Shown: one piece after another, positions 33,350-38,006 of the stretch
Numbering within the stretch: position 1 is the stretch's first letter
Layout: each line of letters opens with the position of its first letter
Source: Nemertoderma westbladi
Taxonomy: Eukaryota; Animalia; Xenacoelomorpha
Assembly: GCA_032718475.1 (NCBI GenBank)
Contig: JAUCBJ010003910.1
Location: 1 to 38,006, forward strand
Length of the DNA stretch: 38,006 nt
Direction: 5' to 3'
Made by a program: the position numbers and the translations under genes
Notes under the pieces: generated by a model
Told to the model about the DNA's origin: nothing
What the model saw: the letters and a program-made list of their open reading frames with translations, nothing else
Database searches by the model: none

Positions 33350-35043
33350 GCCTCGCGTACGCGCACGTACACTGTAACGCGTACGTACTAGTCCCGCATG
33401 GTACCAGCTATGTACGTACTAGTCGCGTATGGTGCCAGCTATGTACGTACCAGTTGCGCATGGTGCCAGCTATGTACGTACTAGTCGCGTATGGTGCCAG
33501 CTATGTACGTACTAGTCGCGTATGGTACCAGCTATGTACGTACTAGTCGCGTATGGTACCAGCTATGTACGTACTAGTCGCGTATGGTGCCAGCTATGTA
33601 CGTACTAGTCGCGTATGGTGCCAGCTATGTACGTACTAGTCGCGTATGGTGCCAGCTACGTACGTACTAGTCGCGTATGGTGCCAGCTACGTACGTACTA
33701 GTCGCGTATGGTGCCAGCTATGTACGTACTAGTCGCGTATGGTACCAGCTATGTACGTACTAGTCGCGTATGGTGCCAGCTATGTACGTACTAGTCGCGT
33801 ATGGTGCCAGCTACGTACGTACTAGTCGCGTATGGTGCCAGCTATGTATGTACTAGTCGCGTATGGTACCAGCTATGTACGTACTAGTCGCGTATGGTGC
33901 CAGCTATGTACGTACTAGTCGCGCATGGTGCCAGCTATGTACGTACTAGTCCCGCATGGTGCCAGCTATGTACGTACTAGTCGCGCATGGTACCAGCTAT
34001 GTACGTACTAGTCGCGTATGGTGCCAGCTATGTACGTACTAGTCGCGTATGGTACCAGCTACGTACGTACTAGTCGCGTATGGTACCAGCTATGTACGTA
34101 CTAGTCGCGTATGGTGCCAGCTATGTACGTACTAGTCCCGCATGGTACCAGCTATGTACGTACTAGTCGCGTATGTTACCAGCTATGTACGTACTAGTCG
34201 CGTATGGTGCCAGCTATGTACGTACTAGTCGCGTATGGTGCCAGCTATGTACGTACTAGTCGCGTATGGTGCCAGCTATGTACGTACTAGTCGCGTATGG
34301 TGCCAGCTACGTACGTACTAGTCGCGTATGGTACCAGCTATGTATGTACTAGTCGCGTATGGTGCCAGCTATGTACGTACTAGTCGCGTATGGTGCCAGC
34401 TATGTATGTACTAGTCGCGTATGGTGCCAGCTATGTACGTACTAGTCGCGTATGGTGCCAGCTATGTACGTACTAGTCGCGTATGGTGCCAGCTATGTAC
34501 GTACTAGTCGCGTATGGTGCCAGCTGTGTACGTACTAGTCGCGTATGGTGCCAGCTATGTACGTACTAGTCGCGTATGGTGCCAGCTATGTACGTACTAG
34601 TCGCGTATGGTGCCAGCTACGTACGTACTAGTCGCGTATGGTACCAGCTATGTATGTACTAGTCGCGTATGGTGCCAGCTATGTACGTACTAGTCGCGTA
34701 TGGTGCCAGCTATGTACGTACTAGTCGCGTATGGTGCCAGCTACGTACGTACTAGTCGCGTATGGTACCAGCTATGTATGTACTAGTCGCGTATGGTGCC
34801 AGCTATGTACGTACTAGTCGCGTATGGTGCCAGCTATGTATGTACTAGTCGCGTATGGTGCCAGCTATGTACGTACTAGTCGCGTATGGTGCCAGCTATG
34901 TACGTACTAGTCGCGTATGGTGCCAGCTATGTACGTACTAGTCGCGTATGGTGCCAGCTATGTACGTACTAGTCGCGCATGGTACCAGCTATGTATGTAC
35001 GAGTCGCTTATGGTACCAGCTACGTACGAACGTGTGCCGAGCC
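33350..35043. mobile_element. Harbinger-like shell enclosing the 31-bp array
   Basis: TAA|GCCTCGCGTACGCGCACGTAC ... GTACGAACGTGTGCCGAGCC|TAA: TAA on both sides and short imperfect inverted termini. Confidence 0.5.
33381..35027. repeat. 31-bp CpG-rich tandem array, ~53 copies (GTACGTACTAGTCGCGTATGGTGCCAGCTAT)
   Basis: Clear 31-bp period with recurrent variants (GGTGCC/GGTACC, CTATG/CTACG, GTACG/GTATG, CGTAT/CGCAT). Confidence 0.98.
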
Positions 35044-35663
35044 TAAAACTTTGAAACATTTCCTCTTAAATATTAACACTGTTGGTTCATTTATGTGAAG
35101 AATTTTTCATACTTGTTCAACAATGTAATCTTCTAAATAGTTAGAGCGTATATATATGTATGCCTAATTTCACCAATAAAATAATCTCACCTATTATGAG
35201 TAATTTTAGGTTGCATAATATCAGTGTTCTATTCAATAGTAAATATTATGAAATTAAATGCATCATCGGCCAAGTAATTATTTTTTTGCGCAATTTTTAA
35301 CTGATCGATCGATCGATACCTTTGAATAGGTTAAGTGCTAGCTTTAAATTTCATCCATGGTAAATTCATAACTATATACAGTGCACAGTTGTTTATTATT
35401 ATATAAATTCATAGTGCCTTGTTATATTATTGTAGCTATATATGTTGTATGGAAGTAATAATTTTAATTTATTGTATTTTATTAAACTACTATTATTATC
35501 GTAGTAGTGGTCTTTGTTGCAGAATAGTATATTAATTTACGTTAAATATATCATAATTTCATGATTCATTATGACAAATTGTATTAAACTACGTAAATTT
35601 ATATATAAAAACACCTTGACATATTTTTATAATTTTCGATGGGAACAGCTTATCCTAGTCGGC

Positions 35664-35740
35664 ATGACACCGACGTGGGATCGAACTTGTGACCTTAAGG
35701 TTGTAATACTGGCGTTCTAACTTTCTTGACCTACTATAAC
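35664..35740 (-). mobile_element. Possible tRNA-derived SINE head or tRNA pseudogene
   Basis: Minus strand TAGGTCAAGAAAGTTAGAACGC (degenerate A box) ... AGTTCGATCCC (B box) at tRNA-like spacing. Stems pair poorly. Confidence 0.45.
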
Positions 35741-35856
35741 ATTACGTTTATTTATAACAGTTATTATAGTAACAGTTGTTATTGTTGCAGTAGGTAATGC
35801 TTCTTCCGCTAGCGGCTCAGGTAAAAGGTAGACATGGAAATACTACCTGATACCAT

Positions 35857-37233
35857 GCGGCCCTTTCATTGCCAAACCCAGTATCTCAAAATTTTCAAAA
35901 AATGAGTTTATATATCATTCGAATCAGGAAACTGTTCTGCGTCTGTCTGTGAAGTTTCTAAGCATTTGAAGAAGGGGAAATAGGTGGTTTTGAATATTGC
36001 CAAAACCGCGTATCTCACCATTTTTACCACATTTTGATATTTCAAAACCCAGTATCTCATCTAGTTATATAGAAAATACATATAAAAATTACGTATAACA
36101 AAACCCAGTATCTCCAAAAATTGTATGTCAAAACCTGACTATGCCCCATTTTATGAGCAATTGCTCAATTCCGGAAAACAAATTCATATTTTTGACAACG
36201 TGGGTAATTTAACCAATAGCTTAACTAGGTACTGGCAAGTTTTTGTGGAAATTCATTGATGGGAACATCAATCATGTGTTGTCCAAAGTGGTGTGACAGT
36301 TCTAAAAATTAATACTGATGGAGATACTGGGTTTTGCAATGAATATATTGTCTATTTTAAGAACATATTTTATAATTCAAAACACAGTATCTTTCTTATG
36401 TTATATATACCACAGCAACTAACAGCTAACAACATGTAATATATTTCACATATTGTGAATTTATTTTTGTCAGCTACTGGGAGCCTTGTACCGGGTCCGG
36501 TTCTTGGTTTACATTCAGTGTCTTTTGCCATTCATTTTAAACTGCCCGTCTGTTGTACGATGTATTTTTGCAATGGAAAACAACCTTGTGGGTCCGAGGT
36601 TGCATCATGTACCGAAGGGAAAACAACGCCTTGTGGGGCTGCATCATGTACCGAAGGGAAAACAGAACCTTGTGGGGGTGCATCATGCACCGAAGGGAAA
36701 ACAACACCTTGTGGTGGTGCATCATGTACCGAAAGGAAAACAACACCTTGTGGGGGTGCATCATGTACCGAAGGGAAAACAGAACCTTGTGGGGCTGCAT
36801 CATGTACCGAAGGGAAAACAACAGCTTGCATGAATGAACAATTTCTTAAAAAGGTTCGATAATAATAATTGGTAATAAAAGGCTTGAATTATTTGAAACA
36901 AAGATTTGCCAAAAAGTTTTTTGGATAAGTTTTTTGGAGATACTGGGTTTTGGCATAAATCCAAAACCCAATATCTCCAAAACGTTTCATACCAAAACCC
37001 AGTATCAACGACTATGCCTCATTTCATGAGTAATAATTAAATTCTGGTAAATAGATTCCTGTTTTTTATTGGTTGGCTAAATTAACCAATGGCTGCCCTT
37101 GGTTCTGACAAATTTTGTATTCATTTCATAGCTTTGATAATCAATCGCAGAAGGTCCAAAGTTTTCCTAAGGTCAAGCGTTTTTCTCAAAATGAAAAATT
37201 TTGTGATACTGGGTTTTGGAATGAAAGGGCCTC
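35857..37233. mobile_element. Non-autonomous TIR DNA transposon (superfamily uncertain, possibly Sola2-like)
   Basis: TIR G(C/A)GGCCCTTTCATT(G/C)C(C/A)AAACCCAGTATC(T/A)CAAAA at both ends, with internal AAACCCAGTATC motifs in both orientations. No TSD recognised. Confidence 0.75.
36576..36825. repeat. 39-bp minisatellite, ~6 copies
   Basis: GCATCATGTACCGAAGGGAAAACAACACCTTGTGGGGGT units in the centre of the TIR element. Confidence 0.95.
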
Positions 37234-38006
37234 GTGTATGTCCGTAATTTAAGTCCTCATGGCCTCCCATCTGTCAATGCCTTTTTCCTAGGAGCTACAG
37301 GAACTTGTTATATATACAGACAACCGACTGATTAACCGTAAATATTGAGCTTCTTATTAGAACCAACACTCTATATAACTAAAACAGACAAGTAGTGCAC
37401 GCTCGTGGGACCTTCGCGTAGCACTAAGTCTAGTGCGAAACAGTACAATTAATGGACCAGGTCACTCCTCCAAATTTCAGATGAATATGATGGTTGGTTC
37501 TATAATTATAACTTCTCCAATTCGCCCCTTAGTGGGCAGACTGCCGTAACTATAGAAGTCTGTCTGTGTGTGGAATTTCACACTTGTATTGGGCTATATG
37601 TGTACAAAGTTCAGTTAGTGGTGCAAATTGACTGCAATTGAAAAAGTAATCTCCAGCGCAAATTGAACGCAAGTGAAATAAAGTTTATTATATTGTATTG
37701 TTTAGAAACACCGACACTATATATAACTACAGTAGCTACTTTCCGTTACAGTTGTACATTTAAATACATTTTGAAACCAACGAAACACATTTGGTGTTTG
37801 CAGCCCCTGAAATTGAAATTGCAAATGAAATTTAAAAAGTTTCGCAAATTTAAATATTAGAGGCCTAATTAAAAAATGTGGTCGAATATGATGTAATTTT
37901 GTGCGCTGATTTCAAAAGAAAAACGAGAAAGTATGAAAGCTAATATTAAAGTAGTAGCAATTTTGGTGAATATTGCGATTTCGCATCCTCACTGCTAGAT
38001 GGCGAC

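Noticed and set aside
35664-35740. Functional tRNA gene
   Set aside because: Acceptor and anticodon stems do not pair well. Kept only as a possible SINE head.

Overview
AT-rich, transposon-dense metazoan (invertebrate-type) genomic DNA. It carries one clear host gene, PPP4R1 (protein phosphatase 4 regulatory subunit 1, HEAT repeats), on the + strand as only two coding exons (15004-15813 and 29467-31932, about 1091 aa) split by one 13.65-kb GT-AG intron. Upstream lie two nested CCCAG-terminated CACTA/EnSpm-like non-autonomous elements (1-10436 containing 3407-10269), which carry spliced gene remnants and hAT-, Harbinger- and Merlin-like MITEs, followed by a decayed RTE-type LINE. The intron holds a ~142 x 30-bp satellite that grows out of the arm of a fold-back element, several hairpins, and three copies of a rolling-circle (Helentron/DINE-1-like) element with 5'-TT/3'-CTAG ends, sub-terminal inverted repeats, a head-to-tail junction and a TSD-less A|T insertion. 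Downstream are a 31-bp array inside a Harbinger-like shell, a possible tRNA-derived SINE and a TIR element with a 39-bp minisatellite. TA-flanked short words (TAGGCCTA, TACCGGTA, TACAGTA/TACTGTA) are strongly over-represented and may be excision footprints. The two ~1450-aa ORFs over the satellite are artefacts. All calls were made by eye without database searches, so superfamily assignments are provisional.
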